The position numbers and the translations under genes are program-made. Positions 1-12,286 of a stretch of 63,743 nucleotides of DNA are shown here, piece by piece; the stretch's first letter is position 1; every line of letters starts with the position of its first letter. Source of the stretch: Ruditapes philippinarum. Lineage: Eukaryota. The notes below the pieces were generated by a model. The model had not been told where the DNA came from, made no database searches, and saw only the letters and a list, made by a program, of their open reading frames with translations. The stretch lies in the NCBI RefSeq assembly GCF_026571515.1, contig NW_026864188.1, positions 1 through 63,743 of the forward strand, written 5' to 3'.

Positions 1-655
1 TAGGAGCTTTGTCTTGATGTACCACGAAAGAAATAAGCCGGTTTTCCCCCCATTGAACAGTAGTCGGAAGGCGATTCATTCGGCATGAAAGTAGAAACAG
101 GACGTTTATAAGGATCGAAAGAAGGTTTACTAGTAGAAGTGGTTGCTTTGATTTTCCGTACAGCCCTGGCTTCCGCCTGCTTAAGGCGCTTTTCGTCCTC
201 ACTATCTGATCCAAGAACTCGCTTTTCATATTCATTGACGGTAAGCCAGCCCCCGGGGGAACTATCAGCAACTTTAATTAACTTATTTCTATGTTTGACC
301 TTGGAAATAACACCGGACACTATCTCGAAAATTTCGGCAGGAATACGAAATTTATCGTCAGCAACCACTTCTAAACTGCGAAGAATATCAAGATAAAACT
401 CATACTGAATACGATTAGCTTCTTTCTTGAACTTGACTGAAGGATTATCATGTAATTTTAAATTCAAGTCCTTTTTAAAGTCCTTCAACTGAGTATCAAG
501 ATAATCTCTAAATAAAGAAAACGCTTCAATTGCTGAATCCCCCGGGACTTACCTCCAGATTCTGGATAGCTAGCTCTATGTGCTCTATCTTCTCTCTCCA
601 ACGTATTTTCCTGATGATGTGAACGCCCAATATGGCTGCTCGAACTATCTTCCAT
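1..655 (-). mobile_element. Degenerate gag-like ORF of a DIRS/Ngaro-type tyrosine-recombinase retrotransposon, running off the left edge
   Basis: Manual translation of the - strand gives KFKKEANRIQYEF...KHRNKLIKVADSSPGGWLTVNEYEKRVLGSDSEDEKRLKQAEARAVRK, which resembles the ORF1 typical of invertebrate YR retrotransposons. It is frameshifted near 545. Confidence 0.7.
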
Positions 656-721
656 GACTAAACTAACCAGTTTAGTTAAGTAATAGATATACCATTGCTG
701 CGTTGACGATTTCTGGGTTTG

Positions 722-859
722 CGTAAATTATACCATAATCACGTGACCTTTCTTATGCCTTAACCTCACGAGACCAATGGTGTATCTGTTAGAAACACTT
801 ACTCCTTCGATCTTCAAAACTGAAAATTATACCATAGTCTGGGTATGGTATAATTTACG
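722..859. repeat. Short inverted/direct repeat cluster, possibly the terminal repeat of the YR element
   Basis: CGTAAATTATACCATA (722-737) is the reverse complement of 844-859. There is also a 13-bp hairpin AAATTATACCATA-gtctggg-TATGGTATAATTT (824-856). Confidence 0.55.
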
Positions 860-1109
860 GTTATTGGAAATTATACTTGAAAGAATTTTACATAAGAAGC
901 GCTGAAGAGCTATAGGTTAACTGCCTGTATCTGACCTCAAAGTGACTTTAACACATTACAACCCGGTTTATATTTAAACCGCTTCCCGTTATAATTACCA
1001 TATTTGGTAATTTCTCATGCAAAACATGACTTCAGTTATAACATAGAACAATAATAAATATATATATTTTCATCAATTATCATATTCATTCTTCCATGAC
1101 AATACCACT

Positions 1110-1960
1110 ATCTGGAGTTTATTTCTTTTCGCCGTCTTCAAAATTGGCTCAAAATTTTAATTTTCTTCCGACTAGTTCAAAGGATTTATCTGAGCATAAT
1201 TTTTTACTAAGGAAGGATGTACGGATTTTTTTAAAGACAATTTGTTATTTCAATGAAATAGTTTAAACCTATTCAAGTTGGTAAAAGAATTCTTATCACC
1301 CCTTTATCTCCCATAATTCGCACCGCCCTCTGTTATTGATGGCATTGGGTTTAGATTCGAAATTATACCCTACTCACTCTTTTAGAACAGGTTTTGCAAC
1401 AATAGAAAATTATNNNNNNNNNNNNNNNNNNNNNNNNNNNNNNNNNNNNNNNNNNNNNNNNNNNNNNNNNNNNNNNNNNNNNNNNNNNNNNNNNNNNNNN
1501 NNNNNNNNNNNNNNNNNNNNNNNNNNNNNNNNNNNNNNNNNTCTTCATGTCGTTTCAAAAGGAGATTCCATCCTTAAAATCAATATATTTCTCCGATCGA
1601 GGGAGCCAAGATCCAGTCTTTTCCTGGTACAACTTTTGGCAGATTAGCTTATTGTTTTTGTCCAAAGTAAAATTAATATGTAAGAAAAAAGCTTTGTTCT
1701 TCATGTTGGCACTATTGGTATAAGTAACAGCATTCTATTCATTCTATGGGTTCAGATTTCGCCAATTTGATTGCGTACATTACACATGAAAATCAGTCAA
1801 TTAGAATTTTTGTTTCCTCTGCTCTCCTTCATCCGATTGATCATTCGGAAACAGTCATTAAAATCAAAGAGTTGAAACATTTTTTGTCAGATGTTTTGAC
1901 TACAAATCTTATTTTTAATTTTCATCAGATTTTATCGTCCATTTTATTATAGAGGTAAAG
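1110..1960 (+). mobile_element. Degenerate tyrosine recombinase plus SGNH-hydrolase-like remnant (Ngaro-like), split by an N gap
   Basis: LGLDSKLYPTHSFRTGFAT contains the YR HSFR box. After the gap, GDSI...VLHVGT...IFVSS match SGNH esterase blocks. Ngaro elements are known to carry an SGNH hydrolase ORF. Confidence 0.6.
1414..1541. other. Assembly gap (N run)
   Basis: Run of n characters. Confidence 1.
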
Positions 1961-2249
1961 TCAAAATATTTGTGTTTGCTTAATTTGATCTTGGGTTTCT
2001 TTGCAATTGAGAAGGCTCCAATCGTTTGATGCATTTTTTCTTAAGTGTGATTTTAACTTGTCCGCGTTAGTTTTTTTTTCAGTTTAACTTTTGGGAGTGC
2101 ATGATACTCAGTAATTATCATATCATATCTTTTGTTTTGACAATTTTGTGTGTTTTTCTTGTAGAATTCAGATTATGCAATATAAAAGTATTACCGGTAC
2201 GTAAGAGGTTTGTACGTTCATTTCATATAGCTTTTTGCATATTTTTTTT

Positions 2250-2283
<34 letters not shown>

Positions 2284-5200
2284 ATTAATTAAGATTCAGT
2301 CCCTTGCTGTGCTTTTGCTTATTTTGTCTGTGTAGCGGGTATTTATTTTTGTTGCATATATGTACTATATTATCTGAATTGCATGTTTACTTACCTGTTA
2401 ATTGGATAGTCTTACAACTAGTAACACTTCATACATTAATACTTGATTATTACTTCTGGATTGAGTTTTTTTATTAAGAAAGGAATATAATTTAGGTTTA
2501 GAAACATCTGAACATTGTCCATACAGATACGTCCACTATAATTGAATTTCAGATATAACACTATTACTTTCTGCATTGAAACTTTTTTTAGATTTGTGTT
2601 TATTAAAACGAAATGTGTCAAAACTATTTTACATTCGTGTGTTTATTTGGTGTTTATTTTTAGCGTTTCATATACATAATTAAGCGACGTTGTCGATATA
2701 ACAGTCGGCTTCTGCATTCTACTGTGATCTTTCACAGAACATGCTATATAACAGTTGAATTATTAATGGGAGAGTACTCTTGATACCTTATGCAGATATT
2801 GTATTAATGTTACAGTTTTCATTAAAAAAGGGGAACTACTCTTGATATCCTATACTGATAGATAGATATCATAAACTTTTTGAAGGGGCGGGAACCCTTT
2901 GTATCTTATACGAAACATCTTATGTAGATCTAACATTCATTTAGAAACTACTTTTAAAATCCAATGATAAAAAGTTAATTATAATACAACGCAAAATCAT
3001 TAGACCAAGCAGCTGTAAACACGCCCATTATTATATCTCTATCTTTTCATGAAAAGTCCCTAGTTATTTGTATACGATTAAATTTATAAGCACCAAGACG
3101 CTTTATAGTAATTTCCTTGTTTGATTGTTATGAATTGATACTTAATTAATGGTATTTAGATTAAAGAATGGGTGTTTTCTAATAAGCCGATTCCAATAAA
3201 ACTTCGAAACAGAAACTACTTCTTAGAACACCAAACTAAGATGTTGATTTATGGCCAAAATGGTTCCACTTTTCTTCTTTAAAACTGACATGCTAACATA
3301 CATATCAGCCTGAAGTGGAGCCTGTTCACGGGCAATAGTTGTATTTGCATGTTTATGCCCGTTGAAAGGCACACAAATATGTGAAAACGGTGAGTAATCA
3401 TGCATTCAATCTACCGATCTATTTCGTATTGAAGTTTTAATGGGGATTTTTCGATTGTATCTAAACCTTACGTATTTGGAAATACGGCCTATTTTATGTA
3501 ACTATTTTTAAACATGGGACGTTGAATTTGTTCAAAAGATTTAAAAAGTGTTTGTAAATACTTCATGTGCCCAACTTTAATTTAAGGTCTTGAAATGACT
3601 AAAACATTAGGGAATGTCTATCTTGGGAGTGTTTGCAAGTTTGAAGCTTTAACCTTTTAACACATGAGCATATTGTGAAAAATGGCCGTTTTCATTGAAA
3701 AACCTCCTGTTCCAAGTTCAAACTGCTATGAAACTATGAAAAATGATTAAATACTGATGAAACTTGGCACAAATGTTTTACTGGACCAAAGCCTATTGCA
3801 TGCGCAATCGTAAATTTTCTGTTACCATGGCAACGGGGCACGTCTCAAAATTGAGAAAACTCACTATTTTGCATTCTTTGTTCCATCAAAACTGATTTCA
3901 AAGTACTGCAACTTTTCAATGAATTGAGATAGAGTAAAAGGCGTTTCAGCGTCGGTTACTAGTTACCCTAAGATTGGCCTGATGCCATTTTTAGCATTTT
4001 CTTGGCGATGAGGGGGACAACCGCCCACCCCCCTTTCAAACCCCCCAAACAGAAGGGTGCACAACCCCTTCTGGCAATCCCCTGATGTAACATTTCATTT
4101 CTCAAACGAAAAACAGGGTTTAAATATGGTATGTTTTCACTGTGTGAAGCCTCAAAAAGGGGGGGGGGCAAAAAACCGTCAAAAACACGTCACTATGAGG
4201 TAAAATGTTAAAAGACTTTAAATATATGCATGAGACCAACCTAACATGTTTTACGAAGTGTGTTTCGATTAAAATGATGCATGATTTTAGTAATACATAT
4301 GAGTGTTAATTAACATTCATATGCGTAGCCTTTATTTAAGAAATTGACTGTTGAGTTTAACGTTCGTTCTATCAACTATTCTTACATACAGACTGCACAT
4401 GCAAGTGTACATAAACGAAGAAGAATACAGTACGTGTATAAATGAATAGATTTCGTTGTTTCATTTCAATGTGCGTTACTCAGGGCGCAATGTAAAAAAC
4501 AGCTAAATGCATTCACGGTCCCATCAAAACATAACATCACAGTGACACGTGGTAATTATGGCACGAGCAATTGATTGTTTATTTATACAGAATGATTACG
4601 AAGCTTCTTTTTCCAGTATTTTGTACTCACAACAGCGGACGTTTAGCGGTGTGGCATCTGTAAGTGTTTCTTCGTACTTCAAAAAAGAGATGTAACTTTA
4701 TTCCTTTCGATCCTTCGTGGGTTTATTGATTTGAAAACTTTTAGTGTGAAGGATAGAATACAGCTTTAACTGGTCCGGGGCGCAAAGGTGAGGTTCCAGT
4801 GTTTATTATCTCTAATGCGACTTTTGTTGCACAAAAAAAAACGCGACTTTTGTTGTTGTTTTCATTTCTCTGAAGGAATCATTATTTTAGAATTGTAATG
4901 GTGAAAAATATGTATACAACACTTTTTTATTAATTATATGGGAATCTATAAAAACGGATTGAATTCGTTACCAATCACAATGAAAAGAACTTACACCAGA
5001 ATTCGTTAACAATCACAATGAAGTGGACTTACACCATTCGAAAATCAAGAAAATCAAGTTCGTGTCGCCGAATCATTGTCCAGTCCGGAATATCTAACAA
5101 ATGACCAAGCATGACGGTCGGATTGAATATTATCAGAATGGCACTTACTACTTACTACGTCATCATGCATAATCTACATTTCTTAAAAATAGGGCTGGAA

Positions 5201-5349
5201 CAATAGTGTTTCTATCTTTAGAATCTTTTTACAAAGGCTATCCAATATTTAGAAAATGAACTAATGATAAAGTACATATATGTGATTGATATAAATCTTT
5301 ATGGCATAATGATAAATAACCTATATATTGTGTAAAAACATTTGGTTTG

Positions 5350-7474
5350 GTTTAAACATATTTTTATTCAGATAATATATACATGTACATGTTAATAATT
5401 TACAATTTAAGCAGAAAGGAATTGGACCGAGAGCTACAATAGCTCATAGTAGTCCTCTCCTTTAACAAAAGCAATATATTTACATAATACATGGCTTATC
5501 ATAATTTTAATTAAACCCTATAAAGAAAAAAAAACGAAGAAAGAATAAATAATTACAAATACATATATGTAATTGAAAGAAAATAATAAAGAGAAAGATG
5601 GAGAAATGAGGAGTTTGCGGATGTTTTTATATCATTTGTCGTTTTGGTACATCATTTATGGAAAAAAAAAACTTGTGTGAACACTATGTTGTATGACAAC
5701 TAGTATATTACATATTAGAATCTTTTAGTATCTCTTATAAATTTATGAACAGCGGCGAAGATAGCAGTGTTGGAGTCCGCAGGTAAAGCAGGGTCTCCAT
5801 AAAGAATAACATGCAAAGTTGGAGTGCAAAAGTTGGAAAGAGTGTTTAGTAGATTGGGACGTAGATGTCCATATTTTGGACAAATAAAGAAGAAATGATA
5901 GGAATTTTCAATCATCCCACAATCACACAATGGAGACTCGGCAATATTCTTATCAAATAAATCAGATGCAAGAGAGCTACAATTCGTTCGAAGTCTGGTA
6001 TGCATTATTTGGTCGCTTCGCTCACCATAGTAGAAGAAGTTCGGTATATTTGATACTTCACTTTTAAGACTGCGCTTAAAAGCGGCAAGCGTAGGTGCAT
6101 TCTGGGTTTGAACTGGAAGGGCGTTGAAGTCTCTTATTACAGATGGTAGAAAGGATTTATAGTAAAAATCTGTGCGTGATCGAATGGTCTGTATGTCTTG
6201 GGCATTCCTTAAGGGATATCGATGTTCGGAGCCAACAGAAGAAGGGACAAGATCAGAGAGATAGTCTGGAGTGAGATTATTTTTCATTTTGTAAAATAGG
6301 ATAAGTTTGTGATTGTATCTCCTTTTTTCTAAAGTTTCCCAGCCAATTTCAGACATAAGATTGTCAATAGAGACGAGTTTGGTTGTTCCTGTCACTATTC
6401 TTGCGGCTTCATGTTGAATTAGTTCTAGTTCCGTTTTTTCTAATTTGGTACAGTTATCAAATAAGACATCGCCGTATTCAAGGATAGGTCTAATAAATGA
6501 AAGGTAGATAATCTCAAGAGACTTCCGGTCAAGTGTAAATTTAAGTTTTTTCATTATATTTATTCTTTTCCAGGCTTTAGTTTTAGTGTAATCAAGATGT
6601 GCCGACCAGCGAAGATCATTTGAAAGAATTATACCTAGATGTTTATGATTATTTATTTCATTTATTGGTTGACCCTGCATAATAATGGACGGATGAATTA
6701 CTTGTCTTGTTTTACGGGATATTAACATTGATTCAGATTTTGAAGGATTAAATTTGACTAACCATTTTTTTGAACTCTCAACTGAACTCTGCGGCCCTCT
6801 TTGCTCTCTTTTCAACTACTCTCTCCAAATGTGTTAAGTTCCTGATGCTTGGAAAGAAGCAAACGTCTCTCCACTTTTAAATCCGGTGATCCTTCTCTGG
6901 TAAATAACTACCGTCCTATTTCTCTTTTTAGCACTATCAATAAAGTTTTTGAAAGAATCATATTCAAACATACATTCAATTTCCTTCATTCTAATAATAT
7001 TCTTACCCAATTACAATCAGGTTTTGTTCCTGGTGACTCTACAATAAATCAACTGACTTACATATACAATTTATTTGCTCAAGCCATTGATTCTGGAAAA
7101 GAGGTGAGAACAGTTTTCTGTGACATCAGTAAAGCCTTTGATCGTGTATGGCATAAGGGCCTTATCTATACACTTAATAACATTGGAATTTCCGGTCGTC
7201 TTTTACTTTGGTTCACTTCCTATCTTGATAACAGAAAACAAAGAGTTGTTCTTAAAGGTTGTACATCTTCTGATAATTATATAAATGCTGGTGTCCCTCA
7301 AGGATCCATACTCGGGCCACTTCTTTTTTTAATATATATAAATGACATTGTTCTTGATATCAAAGCAAACATCAGACTTTTCGCTGATGATACTAGTCTA
7401 TTCATTATTGTTGAAGATCCGCTATCAGCTTCAAATATTCTAAATACAGACTTGCAAACAATAGACAGGTGGTC
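5350..7474. mobile_element. 5'-truncated, 5'-inverted CR1-group LINE with 15-bp TSD
   Basis: The ORF2 C-terminus is on - (5715-6773), followed by a 3' UTR ending in AATAAA and an (AAACC)n tail at about 5350. The RT core is on + (6772-7478). The TSD AAAACATTTGGTTTG occurs at 5335-5349 and 7475-7489. Confidence 0.9.
5715..6773 (-). pseudogene. LINE ORF2 C-terminal part (late RT, thumb, CCHC-like tail)
   Basis: WLVKFNPSKS, HKHLGIIL, IYLSFIRPILEYGD, CDCG..E...HFFFICPKY. Confidence 0.9.
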
Positions 7475-7478
7475 AAAA
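6772..7478 (+). pseudogene. LINE ORF2 reverse-transcriptase core (inverted segment)
   Basis: VPDAWKEANVSP, NYRPISL, DISKAFDRVWH, GVPQGSILGP, LFADD. One stop and one frameshift near the start. Confidence 0.92.
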
Positions 7479-8758
7479 CATTTGGTTTGCTTGCTAATTA
7501 TTTATTACTTAATTAATACATTATTCTGACACCATGCACATGACTAACAGAGACGCTGTTATACTTAAAAGTTACGCAAAGGTGACATTTGTGTAAAAAT
7601 GTACTTTATTCATGTTTATATACTTTGCACATTTACTTCGCTGTCACGCCCTATTTAAGATTTTGTAATTTAGATATACTACAAAGTTTGAACTTTTTAG
7701 TCAATCCTCATTGGCGTTGTTATGACTACAAATATTGATCTAAAACGCAGCAGTGCGAGGACAGTACCTGTTGAAAAAATAGAGTGAGATACACCTGTTT
7801 TGTTATTTAAGAATTAAGGACAGGAAAACCCTTAAATAAAGGTAAATATCTTTTATATGTTATTTGTAGTTATGTGTTTTCGTTAACCAAACAATGGTGT
7901 CATGTGACACTTTTCTCCTTTGGAATAGGTGTGAACCATTTTTGTTGATTTCTAGCATATATATGATTGTATCTTTTCATCAATTTTTATTTCTTAAAGA
8001 AATAGATTTGAAGTGACAATTTTGAAAATGAAAATTTATTACTTTCATTAATATAGTCACGGAAAAAGAATACACTTCAAGAACAAAAATTCTTAATTGC
8101 TACTTGTGTTGACAGAACTCGAATGTTATAATTTTAACCGTTTTGCCATGTTACTTTTCGTATTCGAATATTGATAAATTTTGTAAGTTTGAGTTCTTTT
8201 ATTTGAGGCCATTGTTCATATTCATCAGCACAGTTAAAGCAAAAAGTTCTGAGAAAGGTGTTTTTATTTCAGCACAGATTACTGAGTGGGTTTTTTTTGT
8301 GTTTTTTTTTTTTTTTTTTTTCATGGAAATCTTCTTCCCTTTTTTTGGTATCATAGGTTTTAGGTTATTCGAGTTATATTATACAGGTATAACATTTCTG
8401 CAACAAATTATATAAAACCCGGATCATTTTATGAGTAGAACCGCCTTGCGAAGATCAGCCTTGGCAATAGATTTTCACGTAAAAAGGTTACATTAAGATA
8501 AATACTGAACATGTTAAAAATTAAATTAAAAAAACAATTACAAATCCGTTTTTATGCTCACAAAAAATAATTGGTTGAAGATTTTCATCCTTTTCAAACA
8601 ACTAGTTCGAAGTACTTTTTATTACGGTTTCGGCCCACTCACTTTTGCCCTCTCACCGGGCGAGACCTAAATGTGTAGGCAGATAAAGATGTTATCATAT
8701 TTCACGCATTAGTTGATATCGATGAAATTGTTATTATGCACTGCTACACATTTATATC

Positions 8759-10291
8759 GAGGGTTGAACGGAAAACTGTTGTACGTCACATTTACACAAT
8801 TTTACAAGAGAAGGAAAACAACTTGTTTTTTTTTCTTAAATAATTTTTGACAAGTTTAATTATCACATGACCTATAACGTGTCAGTGTGGCGTAAAACCC
8901 AATAAAACAAAAAATTCAAACAGGAGGGAATATTTCTAATTTACATCTATAATACTTAACATTAAGAAATAAAAAGATTTTTTTGTCTTACAACATTTTT
9001 ACATCTGAAATTCTTTACATTCTACTTGTTGAATTAATGGACAAGTGTTGTATCTCAAGATAGCTAAAGTTTTCCACTAATATGTTTTATACTAAACAAC
9101 AGACTATGATAGCTTTTTGTAATTGAAAATAACACATTTTATATTGACTTTATTTAATTCAAATTTAAAGACATGTTATATAAAAGAAAGAAAAACTTTG
9201 AACATTAAACTTTAAATTAAACCAATTTAAATGCAATTGATCATTTATCATACTGCTTGGTTCTTAAAAATGCATTGAATTTAAAATGACAGTGAGTATA
9301 ACACAGGATTCATTGACTATACATACATTCCAAGTTGTCTTCAGATTCAGATCATATGTTAATGTTTAACAGGACTTGTAATAAAATAGCCATTGCCTGC
9401 TTTCATTAAAGACATATCATTTAATGATACAAAACAGATTATTATGCATAAGTTAATTTGTATAAGCATTTTTTTAACAAATGAAGATAATTGTATTGTT
9501 TTACTTTACAGACATCATATGAAACAAAGTGGAGCCCTACATTGTTTATAACAATATCATTCAAAATATATAATTTCAATTCTAGATAAAAAGAAAATAA
9601 GAAACAGCAGAACAAAACAGAACAATGTCTTATAAAATTAGTACCTGTGAATTCAGTTATTTCTGCTTTACAAATTTGCAATTTGATGACAAGGACAGAA
9701 CATCTCATTACTACCAAATTAGGTGCTTTTTATTCAAAATTCAAGCTTAACAAAGTGCTCTGACTATACACAATATCTTAAGTCAAACAATGTACAAATA
9801 TTCTACTTGAAAACTTTAATTCATTTTATTCTTCAGATTACAAACACTTCATGAAAAGAAACTTGCCCACAGATATCCACAAAACTGCTAGCTTCAGTTA
9901 TATGTAATTTCAATATTTGCCGGGTTTTTGTTTTCAGTATTATCAATGCCATGGGTGCCAAGTTGATTATGACATCAAAGTAACTGTTATGAGTTTATGA
10001 CATCATCAGTTTGTCCAGTTTTGAGGACACCATCATAGTTATAACCGCTTTTCCATGTTAATTCTACTGTATGGATATGAGACTGCATTGTGGAAAACTG
10101 TATGTAACTAAACTTACGACAGTTTTACATTTACAAAAAAAAATGTAGCATAAAGTTACGACACTTTTGAAAATACGTCGTTACAGTTACTTATTATAAG
10201 AATAACATGCTATGTTTATTGATTGACAAAAATGCAAAAAATTGATTTTTTGACATAAATGTGACTTACGACACTTTTCAATTCAGCCCTC
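8759..10291. mobile_element. Non-autonomous DNA transposon with about 36-bp imperfect TIRs beginning GAGGG (Sola2-like termini, tentative)
   Basis: Left end GAGGGTTGAACGGAAAACTGTTGTACGTCACATTTA versus reverse complement of right end GAGGGCTGAATTGAAAAGTGTCGTAAGTCACATTTA. No clean TSD. Confidence 0.6.
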
Positions 10292-10709
10292 AAATACAAC
10301 AAAATTAATATCAAAGCCAAAGCAGTCTTTTCTCTTTCCTTTTTGTTTGATACGATCCAAGAACAAGTGCCTCCCGGATCAATGATCCCGATATTGTCCT
10401 CTACAATCAGATGGTGCTAATTCTGTAGTGTTATAAAAGAAGGCATATCTAGATTGCGGAAAAAATGAACAGTTTTCGAAGCAAAATGACAAATTATGAA
10501 TGTTTTGGTGCGTTATTTAGATTCCTTCTACAATTTATATATTTTATAAGATTTTGAAGCACTAGTACAACAGTAGATTTTGTGTTAACTTCTAAAGGCA
10601 TGTTAGTGTCATAGTATGGTTGCTTAAAGTTTTTGCATACAGTAATATTGTGAGAACACTTTCATGCGAACGTTTTGATCACCCATTGTTGTACAGCGTC
10701 CACTGAAAA

Positions 10710-11411
10710 TAGAAAGGTTCATATTAAGTTCGCCAAAGGTAATGATTCAACTTATTTCTTCATCATAACATCATCATTTTTCCAAACTTAACAATATCAT
10801 GCAGCTAAATATCTCTGATTTTAAAGCAGTTTTTCTTTTTCTGCAAATTGTATATTTTTTGTTAAATTGGCTTTAAATTGTAGCATATTTGTTGACACGT
10901 GCGAACGATGTTGACTTTTACCACTAAATTCAGCCCAAAACGTATTTCCTGTATCAAATTCCGTCTTTAATACAAATAAACTATGTACGTGTATCTGCTT
11001 TGGTACACTATTTTTGCCGAAAATTGCATAAGTTAACCTTCTACACCCGTACACTCGCTAACAGTTTTTCGTATATACCGCGTACACAACGGTTCTAGAC
11101 TCTGTACACAAGGCGAGAACGTTTTTTTGTAAAGATTGCTCAAAACAGCTCGAATTGATATATGACCACTCAAATACAAGTAAAGGGAAGTCTATATTTT
11201 GTATTTAAGACGAAATTTGATGCTGCAAACGCGTTTTGGACTTGATTTATTTGCAAATATCAGCATCGTTTGCACTTTATCGCAAATATAACAACAGATA
11301 TTTTAAATGCAAAAACTTCAAACTATTATTTAGTTCTGAAAATCTGATAATTTTATGATGAAGAAATAAGTTGAAACATTACCTTGGATGAATACGGTGT
11401 GAACCTTTCTA
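10710..11411. mobile_element. MITE/foldback element with about 85-bp imperfect inverted repeats
   Basis: TAGAAAGGTTCA...CAACTTATTTCTTCATCATAA at 10710-10795 is mirrored by TTATGATGAAGAAATAAGTTG...TGAACCTTTCTA at about 11325-11411. Confidence 0.6.
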
Positions 11412-12286
11412 CTTCGGTGTTTTGAGGTAAACGTTTTATAACAGTGGTATAATCATGCAGGAACGTTTGCTACAGTTCAGTTTCAGTTGGGCATGTAGAC
11501 AGAATGAAAACTAGTTCATATACTCGTAATTTCTTTGATTTTAAAATGATCATAGAATTTATAAAAAGAAATTATTCAAGTGAATAACTGATGGTCACTG
11601 GTTAAACTTCAGCTGGATCATTATAATGTGTTCAGCTGCCAGCAGTGTTGATATTTATAGAAAAGAGTGAACTTAGAGTAGGACTCTAAGAATCAAGTTG
11701 CATCAAACTAATTGAACACTTTTTAAAATACACACACTTTATCATAAGAGATGTCTTTGTGATCATTTCATAGTCACAAAGATTAGTAACAGTTGGATTA
11801 CCATATATCCGATGCCTTCATATTGTCACTCGTACAGAGGGATGTACGTATTCATTATCCCTTATGTACAGACTCAATCAAATCGAGTCTGCAATTCTCT
11901 TGTTATTTTGTTGTGATTAATGCTTCCGAGGGATCACTTTTTTCCAGATTTGTATACCCAATGATCGCTAGGCGATCAAATATATCCATCTCTGTAACAT
12001 ATATCAGTTGTAAGTGTTTATATACCCGTTGTCTTTTCAAGCATTGTATCAAATATTGTTGATTTAATTGCCAAGGTTTTTGTATAACGATATGAATCTT
12101 TAACAAAAGTTGATATGATATAAAAAATATGTCTTTGTTATTTTAGATAACAAGAATCTGAACTAACTAAGGAATATCAAAACACCAAAATGAAATATTT
12201 GGATATACTCTGGCATTTGGATACCGGCTAGTCTTATTCAAATCTGTAAAAGGTACGTTTAATGACAAATTATTGCTTCTTTTGAA

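Noticed and set aside
3224-4197. Possible DNA-transposon fragment (GC-richer block ending CACGTCACTA)
   Set aside because: It looks repeat-like, but I found no matching opposite terminus, TSD or second copy.
5715-6815. The 366-aa ORF as an independent host gene
   Set aside because: Its first 13 or so residues are antisense read-through across the inversion junction, and the rest is LINE ORF2.
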